Shown here one piece after another: positions 55,912 through 64,000 of a stretch of DNA of 64,000 bases. The notes under the pieces are model-generated. The model saw only the letters and a list, made by a program, of their open reading frames with translations. It had not been told where the DNA came from and made no database searches. Every line of letters begins with the position of its first letter. The stretch's first letter is position 1. Position numbers and translations under genes: made by a program. Source of the DNA: Nitrososphaerales archaeon (GTDB lineage: Archaea > Thermoproteota > Nitrososphaeria > Nitrososphaerales > UBA213); contig CBDAOC010000016.1 in NCBI GenBank assembly GCA_965197925.1, positions 1 through 64,000 on the forward strand, written 5' to 3'.

Positions 55912-56380
55912 GACTTTTAAGATACTTACATCGTAACACTCGAGTATTATGTAAGTAGAGGAATACTCGTCGACTGCATTAAAATATAGCGCGAGTATAT
56001 TCTAAACAATACAGGGTGCCAACAATATAGTTGAGCACCCTGTAAGTGTAGAACGATAATAAAACTAATATGTAAATTACTAGGGCATAAATGGAAATCA
56101 TATCCCTACACTCACGCATACCCACCAACCCCAGGCCCTAGACGGCCTCTAAACAGGTATTGCGTTAGATGTGGAATAAATATAAAACATAAACAGCCCA
56201 AAACCCCAACATCACCACCATATACATTATAGTAGCCTAGCTTATAATATCTGCGCAGCTCTGTTATAAGTGAGTAAGAAGGGTCTCAAAAACTCCGTGA
56301 TCTCCCGTGAACTAGGGAAGTGAGGTAATAGAGAGACTGGTACGAGGATGCATAGCTACAATTGATCATCCTCACCTTGT

Positions 56381-56455
56381 GCGCCCGTAATTCAGTGGAA
56401 GAATAGTGGTCTTATATACCACCAGCCGTTGGTTCGAGTCCAACCGGGCGTACCA
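56381..56455 (+). tRNA. tRNA-Ile(UAU)
   Basis: GTGGT-CTTATAT-ACCAC; A73 CCA. Confidence 0.88.
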
Positions 56456-56937
56456 TTTAATTTAAACAGGAATTATGTTAAACACAATAAAAGATTTTCA
56501 AGACTTTTTAAAACAATTTGAAGACACTACACAAGTACGAATATACGTAGAAGTAGAAAATAGCTTATTCATGAGTAACTTATCAATTACCAATGGTACA
56601 ATAAAAGATAGAAACTCAGACGTACCATTCATAGTAGTATCTTTACCAGATTCTGCCATAAATTACATACACGAAAACATGTAACTAATGTTTACAGTAG
56701 AAGAAATGCGCGTATCAAATGCATTTATACAAATGATGCGGGATAAAAAAGTAACCCTTGAACTTGATCTAGAAACTGAAGACACTAATTATATCGAATT
56801 AGGTATAGTTTTTATATTTGATGACCCGAATGGCCCAGAAGAGTATAAAGTTGTAACAAAATATGATCATCATCAAGCTAAAGTAATAAGAGATACTTTA
56901 ACAGACTGGTTGTCTGACAACACAAAGTAAACAAACT

Positions 56938-57075
56938 AACTAGAGTCGACAGATTTAGGTTATTCGACTTGTAATCGGGCGGCCGTGGGTTCGAATCCCA
57001 CCCCTAGCTCCATATGCTAGGGTAGCTCAGCGGTAGAGCACCAAAACTACCCTATTTCACCAACTTACTCTAGTT
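56938..57075 (+). ncRNA. Y-RNA-like element 9 containing a complete circularly permuted tRNA-Thr(UGU)
   Basis: CGA-CTTGTAA-TCGGG, T arm, CCCTAGC-TCCA-TAT-GCTAGGG and D arm GCTC-AGCGGTA-GAGC, all inside the scaffold. Confidence 0.88.
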
Positions 57076-57094
57076 CTTATTCATAAACATCAAA

Positions 57095-57477
57095 ATGAGA
57101 TATTACATAGCGCATCTACATTGTGCATGTTTAAATCTAGCATACAGTGTAGACAGAAAAAATATATCAACTCTTCTACTTGATTTTCAACACTACATAA
57201 TACATCCAACAACATCAAGACAACATATAGAGGAACAGATAGATTATTACATAGAAAGAAAACATAGAATAGAGGTACTTTACCTATGATAGACTCTAGA
57301 TTAAATAACTTTATATCAAACATAAGTTTTATATGTAACAATATCTATAAAAGCTTACCATACAACTATAATGTACATGCAACGATGAGAATACTACTTC
57401 AAGCACAAGATTATATAATGCATCACTCAACAAACTACGTAAGTATATACGACACTATAGACGCCAGATACAACTAG
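57095..57477 (+). CDS. Two further LxxIC-like mini-proteins
   Basis: LHCAC..LLL and ISFIC..ILLQ. Confidence 0.5.
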
Positions 57478-57489
57478 TGTTACAATATA

Positions 57490-57588
57490 AAAATAGGACC
57501 GAAGCGTAAGGGTTATTGGTTTAATTAGGTTCGATCCCTAGCTGCTCACACGAGCATGGTTTCCCCTTAGCACACCTAGTCCTATTTT
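57490..57588 (+). ncRNA. Y-RNA-like element 10 (T arm plus short acceptor-like hairpin)
   Basis: AAAATAGGAC-CGAAGCGTAAGGGTTATT..TAGG-TTCGATC-CCTA..TGCTC-ACAC-GAGCA..CCCTTAGC..GTCCTATTTT. Confidence 0.75.
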
Positions 57589-57720
57589 ATCTAGAGCCGA
57601 CGTTACTACATTATTGGATAAAAGTTCACATCGGTACATAAATGTATGTATCCACCTGAACAGAGAGGCTTCGAAACCTCCGCTCGAAAGAGTTTATGTA
57701 CAACAATACTAGTTCTAGAT
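57589..57720 (+). ncRNA. Y-RNA-like element 11
   Basis: ATCTAGAGC-CGAC..TACATTATT...GAGG-CTTCGAAA-CCTC, GCTC-GAAA-GAGT..TGTA..ACTA-GTTCTAGAT. Confidence 0.65.
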
Positions 57721-57730
57721 ACAAAGATAC

Positions 57731-57806
57731 GGATGCGTAGTGTAGCGGCCAACATACTGCCCTGTCAAGGCATAGATCGCGGGTTCGAGTCCCGTCGCAA
57801 CCGCCA
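57731..57806 (+). tRNA. tRNA-Asp(GUC)
   Basis: TGCC-CTGTCAA-GGCA; G73 CCA. Confidence 0.9.
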
Positions 57807-58480
57807 TTAATATAGGAACATAAAACGAAGATACTAATACTTATATCTCTATTATTACTATTAGTAATAATATCTTGTGGAGAGACGCAACCAGTTAAAA
57901 ACCCAGACTATATATGGAACTCCAGTGATTCTATAAACAAATCTAAATTTGCATTCAACCTAGGATTTCGAGATTTAATAGTTAAATGTAAAAATAGACA
58001 TCAAACTATGTATATCGAACCTTATGGAATAGGACATACTTATACAATAGGTGGCCCAGGTATAGTTATAAAAACAAAAGGAGACTTTTGGTTAGGACTA
58101 GATCTATGGAAAACCTTCTGTGAAAAACAATAAACCACAATTATTTATATATAACCTAGAAAAAGTATCAAATAGAAACACGTGTCCCACATGTTATCAA
58201 GCAGATATAGCTATATATAAAATAGAACTACAAAATATGTCAACTAGCATTGACAATATGTGTGCTAAATGCACGGCACTATCTATCACAAATCTATTAA
58301 ACAAAAATAATCACTTCATACTTACACAGATCCATGAATAATTGCAACAGATACGAATGTCACATAAAAGGGTACTGTAACCACAAAAAATTAAATAACA
58401 AGTGGAAACGAATAGGTAATATGAACTTCGGACATAGAAAAACAATCGGAGACATGAGACCTACAGGAAAAGAATAATAT

Positions 58481-58555
58481 GCCGCCTTCGTATAACGGTT
58501 AGTACACAGCTCTTTCAAAGCTGCAACGCGGGTTCGACTCCCACAGGCGGTACCA
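58481..58555 (+). tRNA. tRNA-Glu(UUC)
   Basis: CAGCT-CTTTCAA-AGCTG; CCA. Confidence 0.92.
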
Positions 58556-58952
58556 TTTAATGATACAACAACAAATGTTTCCTTTTAAATACAGCACAAA
58601 ATCCACACACACCTTCTGACAATCTACTCATAAATATTACATAGTAGTAGAGCAGCAACAAACACGGATAAGAAATCAATTAAAAGTACAAACATATAGA
58701 AACATTAGTCTTCTACTCGTACACACACAAATAGTAATAGAATCCTATTGCAGAAATTAACCGACATATATATATATTGATACACAGAGCACACTACCTA
58801 TATATAGACGATTGCTGCAAAGGAAACCTAACTTACAAGAAAAGCATAACTATATCAGAACTATTAATAAATATGTTTAAGTACGTCCCACATTTACCAC
58901 TAGCACAAAATGCTGCAATAACACCTAACGTTATATACACATAAGGAATCAA

Positions 58953-59432
58953 ATGACACCACAATTAAAGACTAAACTACAGACTCAGATAGGTAACGAA
59001 TTCGAAGCCGCAAATATGTACCTAGCTATGTCAAACTGGGCAGGTGTAGAAGGACTACCAGGATTTCAACATTGGCTAAGAAAACAGTACGAAGAAGAAC
59101 TAAGTCACGGACTTAAGCTTAATGATCACCTAGTAGACAGAGACATTAATCCAGTAATACCTAGCCACTACCCTATACATAACAAGTGGACAAGTGCATT
59201 AGACATAGCCGTCGCAGGCCTAACCGCAGAACGCGCTATGACTGTAGCACTAGAAGATTTATTTGCAGATGCATGGCTTACACGAGACTTTAAATCAGCA
59301 GTTATGCTACAATGGTTCATACAAGAACAGGTAGAAGAAGAAAAACTATTTACTGATCTTGTATACGCACTAGAAAATTGCGACAGCGGCAGCTTAATTC
59401 TATATGATATAGAGTTAGGTAAACGCAGTTAA
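58953..59432 (+). CDS. ftnA: Non-heme ferritin
   Basis: QIGNEFEAANMYLAM, GF..WL..Q..EE..H and LQWFIQEQVEEE ferroxidase residues. Confidence 0.9.
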   Translation: MTPQLKTKLQTQIGNEFEAANMYLAMSNWAGVEGLPGFQHWLRKQYEEELSHGLKLNDHLVDRDINPVIPSHYPIHNKWTSALDIAVAGLTAERAMTVALEDLFADAWLTRDFKSAVMLQWFIQEQVEEEKLFTDLVYALENCDSGSLILYDIELGKRS

Positions 59433-59438
59433 CATCAA

Positions 59439-59513
59439 GCCGGTGTAGCTCAAAGGCAGAGCAAGTCCTTTGTAATGACTAGGTTGAGGGTTCGACTCCT
59501 TTCACCGGCTCCA
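59439..59513 (+). tRNA. tRNA-Thr(UGU)
   Basis: AGTC.-TTTGTAA-.GACT; CCA. Confidence 0.9.
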
Positions 59514-59881
59514 TATAACATATGATATACAAACTTTTAATGACCACCTTATAAGGTGGTCATTCATCATTCTAGATACAAAGAACTTCAATGGCACGTA
59601 TATTTTATTTTACGTAGCACTTTAACCGCACCACCTAGTTTACTAGAAGTTAGTAAGGCACTACACTTTGAACGTATTGAAATAGAACGCCGCGTAGCAA
59701 GAGGCAACAAACTAATTTACATACAATAGCATATCATTGACAATTTAAAATACCAAACACTTGTACTACATACACGTTTTATATTACATACACATAGACT
59801 AACCCTTGCACCTTCTTTACTATTAATAAGCAAAGAAATACACATACAACATAATAGAAACAATAACCAAATAACGACAAA

Positions 59882-60286
59882 ATGGCAGACCAATTTACCT
59901 CCAATGAAAAATGGCGTCAACTAGGCGACGACCCACAGATAACAGACTATATAAAGAATTTCGGTATACAGGCATACGAAACCAAATACTTGCCAGGCCG
60001 AATAACATATGGTCACGATTTAGTAGGAGACCCGTTAAAAAATCTAGCCGAAGAGACCAGCGATACCGTAGCATATATAGCTATGGCAATGGCTCAACAG
60101 CAAGAACTAATTACACAATGTAATGACAGTCGAAGCGTATTGAGTAGCATACTTACTATGCTAGACAGAATGACACCAAACAATTACCGTTTAACTAAAC
60201 TCAACATAAAAGAACTAATAGCTATACACTTAAATAATCATGTCGACCTTACAGACACTTACCCAACAAATAAACGCATGTACTAA
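59882..60286 (+). CDS. Possible all-alpha NTP pyrophosphatase (MazG-like)
   Basis: G...Y..KY and NLAEETSDTVAY (EExxD); adjacent to UDG and dcd. Confidence 0.4.
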   Translation: MADQFTSNEKWRQLGDDPQITDYIKNFGIQAYETKYLPGRITYGHDLVGDPLKNLAEETSDTVAYIAMAMAQQQELITQCNDSRSVLSSILTMLDRMTPNNYRLTKLNIKELIAIHLNNHVDLTDTYPTNKRMY

Positions 60287-60863
60287 ATGCCCCTTACACA
60301 CCACACGTACACATGCCGTACCTGGATACGGATCTAACCAACCGCATATACTGTTGATAGGAGAAGCTCCAGGCGCAGAAGAAGACGCTAGTGGATTGCC
60401 TTTCGTAGGTAGATCAGGGCAAGTACTGCAAGACATGTTCAGAAGATCGGGACTAACTAGAGAAATGGTTTACATAGCAAACACTGTAAAATGTAGACCA
60501 CCTGGAAACCGAGATCCTTTACCCGAAGAGAAGACAACCTGCGCTCCATATTTAGCGCAGCAAATAGAACTCTTAGATCCCACATTAATAGTTACTCTAG
60601 GCAGAGTATCCATGGAAAGATTCATAGTGGGAGAATCTATAACAAAGATACATGGAAAACTATATCGTAGTTTAATGCCAGATGAATTGATAACAAAAAC
60701 TGACAATAAAGTTACAAGACATGTATATCCTGTCTACCACCCATCTTACGCACTAAGACGCACTGAAAGCTACGAAGCCCTAGTAACAGATTTCACAGTA
60801 ATACCAGATATAATCAAACATCTAATAAGAGAAAACAATGCCCGCAGAGAAATTAGTAATTGA
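60240..60863 (+). CDS. Uracil-DNA glycosylase family 4 (Fe-S)
   Basis: CTKCPL, IGEAPG.EED.SG.PFVGRSG, NTVKCRPPGNRDP and YHPS. Confidence 0.95.
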   Translation: MSTLQTLTQQINACTKCPLHTTRTHAVPGYGSNQPHILLIGEAPGAEEDASGLPFVGRSGQVLQDMFRRSGLTREMVYIANTVKCRPPGNRDPLPEEKTTCAPYLAQQIELLDPTLIVTLGRVSMERFIVGESITKIHGKLYRSLMPDELITKTDNKVTRHVYPVYHPSYALRRTESYEALVTDFTVIPDIIKHLIRENNARREISN

Positions 60864-61030
60864 AATGATACAAGATAAAGAAACCGATAACAAGATGAGA
60901 TTCAAGGAACCTAATGCCTTACCCGGCAAGAACCTTCACAAGTCTCCAATTGGTACGCTTTATCTACCCAAGGATCCTTGGGGTAAGAAAACAAGAATAA
61001 GACTAACAGTCGAAGACATAAGTGAAGAAA

Positions 61031-61603
61031 ATGGTACTGAGTAATAGTAGCATGCAGCCCGCACTGCAACCATCTTCATCAAAACATATAGGAATGGACT
61101 ACCTAACAATTGAGCCTCTACTACCCCGCAGCATACAACCTGCAAGTGTAGACTTACACCTAGATAATAAAATTCTAGTAGAATTTGATAGATCTCAATT
61201 AATAACACCTGGCGTCACAACCCCAAACTACAGACATGTAGACATAACAGTACAACCATATATACTAGAACCAGGAGAATTTATACTAGGTAGCACTCTT
61301 GAAAAAGTAGGATTGAATAATTTAATAGCCGGAATAGTAGCAGGCAAAAGCTCTCTAGCAAGAGTAGGACTAACTGTTGCACCCGGATTTATTGATCCAG
61401 GTTTCCAAGGGAACATAACACTAGAAATATTTAACGCCTCTAACAATAGAATACGCTTGACGCATAAGATGGGTATCACCCAACTTGTAACATATATTCT
61501 AGCTGACCCAGCAACCAAAATATATGGCGACGAAGAACTTGGATCTAAATACCAGAACCAAGATGGCGTTACCATCTCCAGGAAGGATTTACCACCAACA
61601 TAA
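61031..61603 (+). CDS. dcd: dCTP deaminase
   Basis: IQPASVDL.L, PGEFILGSTLE, GKSSLARVGL, IDPGFQGNITLE and SKYQNQ. Confidence 0.95.
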   Translation: MVLSNSSMQPALQPSSSKHIGMDYLTIEPLLPRSIQPASVDLHLDNKILVEFDRSQLITPGVTTPNYRHVDITVQPYILEPGEFILGSTLEKVGLNNLIAGIVAGKSSLARVGLTVAPGFIDPGFQGNITLEIFNASNNRIRLTHKMGITQLVTYILADPATKIYGDEELGSKYQNQDGVTISRKDLPPT

Positions 61604-61604
61604 G

Positions 61605-61967
61605 ATGACAACAATTATTTTTTGGGGTGCTAGTGATGACCTCGTAGAAGTAGAAGGCTGCTCATACGCAATCGACTACACAAACGAAGATGAACAAGTA
61701 TCTGGCCCAAACAACACCGCAGAATTCTCAGTATATAAAGATGCACTGTTTATGGTAAACGCAGGTACTGCTGGACAAATATTTGTAACCGCAACCTATA
61801 ACAACTTGGGATTATGGATATTTGCAGCACATCACATGCAAGACGAGTCCCCATACCCGACAGATTGGATAACCACGTTAACACAAGCTCCTAACAGCAT
61901 GCATTCAATGCAACTATCAATAGACGTACCTACTAGCAATGCCATACAAGTGCACAGAATAAAATAA
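61605..61967 (+). CDS. Phage hypothetical protein (GASDDLVEVEG motif)
   Basis: ORF from ATG 61605. Confidence 0.65.
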   Translation: MTTIIFWGASDDLVEVEGCSYAIDYTNEDEQVSGPNNTAEFSVYKDALFMVNAGTAGQIFVTATYNNLGLWIFAAHHMQDESPYPTDWITTLTQAPNSMHSMQLSIDVPTSNAIQVHRIK

Positions 61968-62440
61968 TGTTAACAGAACTATACACAACTTGGACAGATA
62001 GATTAACAGAGTTTACACCAACCTCTAAGCTATTAAGTACTATAAAAAATGAAGAACGCAAATATTGCTGTCTAGGTGTAGCTTGTGAACTATCTAAAAT
62101 GGGTACATGGTCATCTCGCGGCTATGTAATAAATAACAGATCACATATAACAGTACTACCACACCAAGTAAAAGAAGCACTAAACCTAGCTACAGATAGC
62201 GGTATGTTTAATATGAATGATTTATCAAAGTCTTTAAAAAAGAAACTAAATAAAGCTCTAACAGATCAAAACCATTATGACATATCCGACTACGAAACAA
62301 TCAGCTTAGCAAATATAAATGACTGCCTAGAAAACGATCCAACAGTATTTACACTCATACAAGCTATATTAAAAGAAGCTCCAGTTAGCTTATTCAAACG
62401 AGAAATAAACGAAAATCAAACCGAGCTATCTCTACCTTAA
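61967..62440 (+). CDS. Paralog of the W..L...CCLGV family
   Basis: YCCLGVACE, LPHQV and LANIND. Confidence 0.7.
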   Translation: MLTELYTTWTDRLTEFTPTSKLLSTIKNEERKYCCLGVACELSKMGTWSSRGYVINNRSHITVLPHQVKEALNLATDSGMFNMNDLSKSLKKKLNKALTDQNHYDISDYETISLANINDCLENDPTVFTLIQAILKEAPVSLFKREINENQTELSLP

Positions 62441-62469
62441 ATATGGTAGAATAGATATATTACTACTGT

Positions 62470-62551
62470 CCCAGTGTGGCGAAATGGCAGACGCGAACGG
62501 CTTAAACCCGTTTCCGAAAGGGTGTGGGTTCGACTCCCACCATTGGGACCA
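62470..62551 (+). tRNA. tRNA-Leu(UAA)
   Basis: AACGG-CTTAAAC-CCGTT; variable arm; CCA. Confidence 0.92.
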
Positions 62552-62720
62552 TTTCTATGTTAAAAAGATTAAATACTAAACTTGATTGTCTATTTGGATG
62601 CCATAGATGGATATATACAGATAGATATGACCCCGATTCTAGAAGAATATTTACAGAAAATAAAATGTGTATCAACTGTGGAAAAACAAAGATTTCATGG
62701 TAGTAACTATATAACAATAC

Positions 62721-62804
62721 GCCGGTGTGGCGAAATGGCAGACGCACATGTTTCAAAAACATGTCTCGAAAGGGGTGTGGGTTCGACTCCCTCCACCGGT
62801 ACCA
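62721..62804 (+). tRNA. tRNA-Leu(CAA)
   Basis: CATGT-TTCAAAA-ACATG; variable arm; CCA. Confidence 0.92.
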
Positions 62805-62819
62805 ATAACAAAGGAATAC

Positions 62820-63302
62820 ATGACAACTAACAACGAAAGACACTCTGCTCCACTAGCGGTATTAACCGTACTATTGTCAGCTGACAAAAACGAAGTATTA
62901 ATAATGCGACGAGGCCCAAAAGAATCCTTAGCTGGTATGTACACTATACCAGGTGGACACATGGAGTCTGGAGAAAATGTAATAGAAGCTGCTATACGTG
63001 AACTTTACGAAGAAGCAGGTGTAATTACATCACCTAGAGATTGTGAAGTAGTAGGTGTAATACACGCTACCGCTTCAACAAAAGAATATGTACAATTCAT
63101 AGTTCGCGTTCGCACATGGATAGGCATACCCTATATAGCAGAACCAAATAATTGTGATGACATGTATTGGTGCAATGTAAGACACTTACCACATAACATG
63201 TTAGGATGGCCTATAACAGGTATAGAAATGACATTAGACAGTGACGTATCGCACGATTGTCACCAATTCTTTGTAACCAATATAGGACAATGCGCAAAGT
63301 AA
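62820..63302 (+). CDS. NUDIX hydrolase
   Basis: PGGHMESGENVIEAAIRELYEEAGV Nudix box. Confidence 0.92.
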   Translation: MTTNNERHSAPLAVLTVLLSADKNEVLIMRRGPKESLAGMYTIPGGHMESGENVIEAAIRELYEEAGVITSPRDCEVVGVIHATASTKEYVQFIVRVRTWIGIPYIAEPNNCDDMYWCNVRHLPHNMLGWPITGIEMTLDSDVSHDCHQFFVTNIGQCAK

Positions 63303-63697
63303 CTCCGAAACAAAAACAACGACTTCGTAAACTAATCAACGCCCTAACGAATAACAAATATAAGCAGGGCGTTGAACTACTTTATAACACGACAACAACT
63401 GAATGGTGTTGGGGTGGTGTAGCAATTGACATATACTTCAACGATACTCATCAAGGATATTGGGAAGCCAAAGAAAACTCCAAATACGGAGTAGCTACAA
63501 TCACTCAAACCGGAGAGAAATATAAAGTCCACGTACCAATAGATGTACTAAATTGGTATGGACTAACCTTAGAAGAGCATAATATGCTTACCGATATGAA
63601 TGACACCGAACATACTTTCAAACAGATAGCTACTGCTATCACAAAAGAAAAACTAAAAGATACTCTTGTTACCACTACCACCGCCAAGGCTAAATAA
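63290..63697 (+). CDS. Paralog of the CCLGV family
   Basis: ALTNNKYKQG..L, WCWGGVA and MND..HTFKQIA. Confidence 0.7.
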   Translation: MRKVTPKQKQRLRKLINALTNNKYKQGVELLYNTTTTEWCWGGVAIDIYFNDTHQGYWEAKENSKYGVATITQTGEKYKVHVPIDVLNWYGLTLEEHNMLTDMNDTEHTFKQIATAITKEKLKDTLVTTTTAKAK

Positions 63698-64000
63698 TGG
63701 TAATGGACGCAAACACAGTACAAGAATTAGCAAATGCCATATCACCAGAATATTTTATAAATGATAGATATGGTGGTCGCTCTTCTGTAGCATACCAAAG
63801 AGCCAAAGCACTAACAAGCGGTTATAACGCTAGAAAAGTAACAAGTACAAAACGAAAACTACAACACATAATAGGTACACTAGCTCTAACAGAAGGATGG
63901 CTAGCTAGTACATGGCATGACACCGGCCATGGTATAAGAGGACAAAGTCCTGTAGACTATTATTTCGACATGACACTCGCTAAACACGAGTGTATGTTTT

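Noticed and set aside
60240..61603. Uracil-substituted (dU) phage DNA suggested by dCTP deaminase
   Set aside because: An intact-looking uracil-DNA glycosylase is encoded next to it, which fits normal thymine DNA.
25312..62820. ORF starts inside tRNAs (25312, 25724, 27939, 55454, 62727)
   Set aside because: The N-termini translate tRNA sequence; real starts lie after the CCA (e.g. 25781, 27972, 62820), or the ORF is spurious.
1..64000. Minus-strand ORFs in the six-frame track
   Set aside because: They overlap better + strand genes or tRNAs, show no recognisable motifs, and look like shadows of the strongly skewed coding strand.

Overview
This window is a segment of a large dsDNA bacteriophage genome. 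Essentially all credible genes lie on the + strand, which is strongly A+C rich, and no structural virion module is recognisable. Positions 1-20 kb hold small hypothetical genes in cassettes separated by repeated intrinsic terminators, plus a long inverted repeat. Recognisable proteins include TyrRS, a radical-SAM (SPL-like) enzyme, PcfJ-like proteins, two SSB-like proteins, RNase HI, a macro/SLOG/DUF4326 fusion, a 950-aa candidate two-barrel RNA polymerase, a Cas4-like exonuclease, VRR-NUC, ferritin, family-4 UDG, dCTP deaminase and a NUDIX hydrolase. About 20 conventional tRNA genes are present, including the rare tRNA-Ile(UAU). The most striking content is non-coding. (1) Eleven dispersed copies of a Y-RNA-like scaffold (GAGTCGAA..GGTTATT...ACTTACTC) carry different cargo; two carry complete circularly permuted tRNAs (Thr-UGU, Glu-UUC) broken at the same 28/29 position. 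(2) An operon alternates non-canonical tRNAs with CCA-ended minihelices. (3) A fixed-spacing bipartite promoter-like motif occurs three times. (4) Several further structured non-coding blocks are present. There are also tandem arrays of hyperdivergent mini-proteins. All calls come from reading and manual base-pairing; no searches were run.
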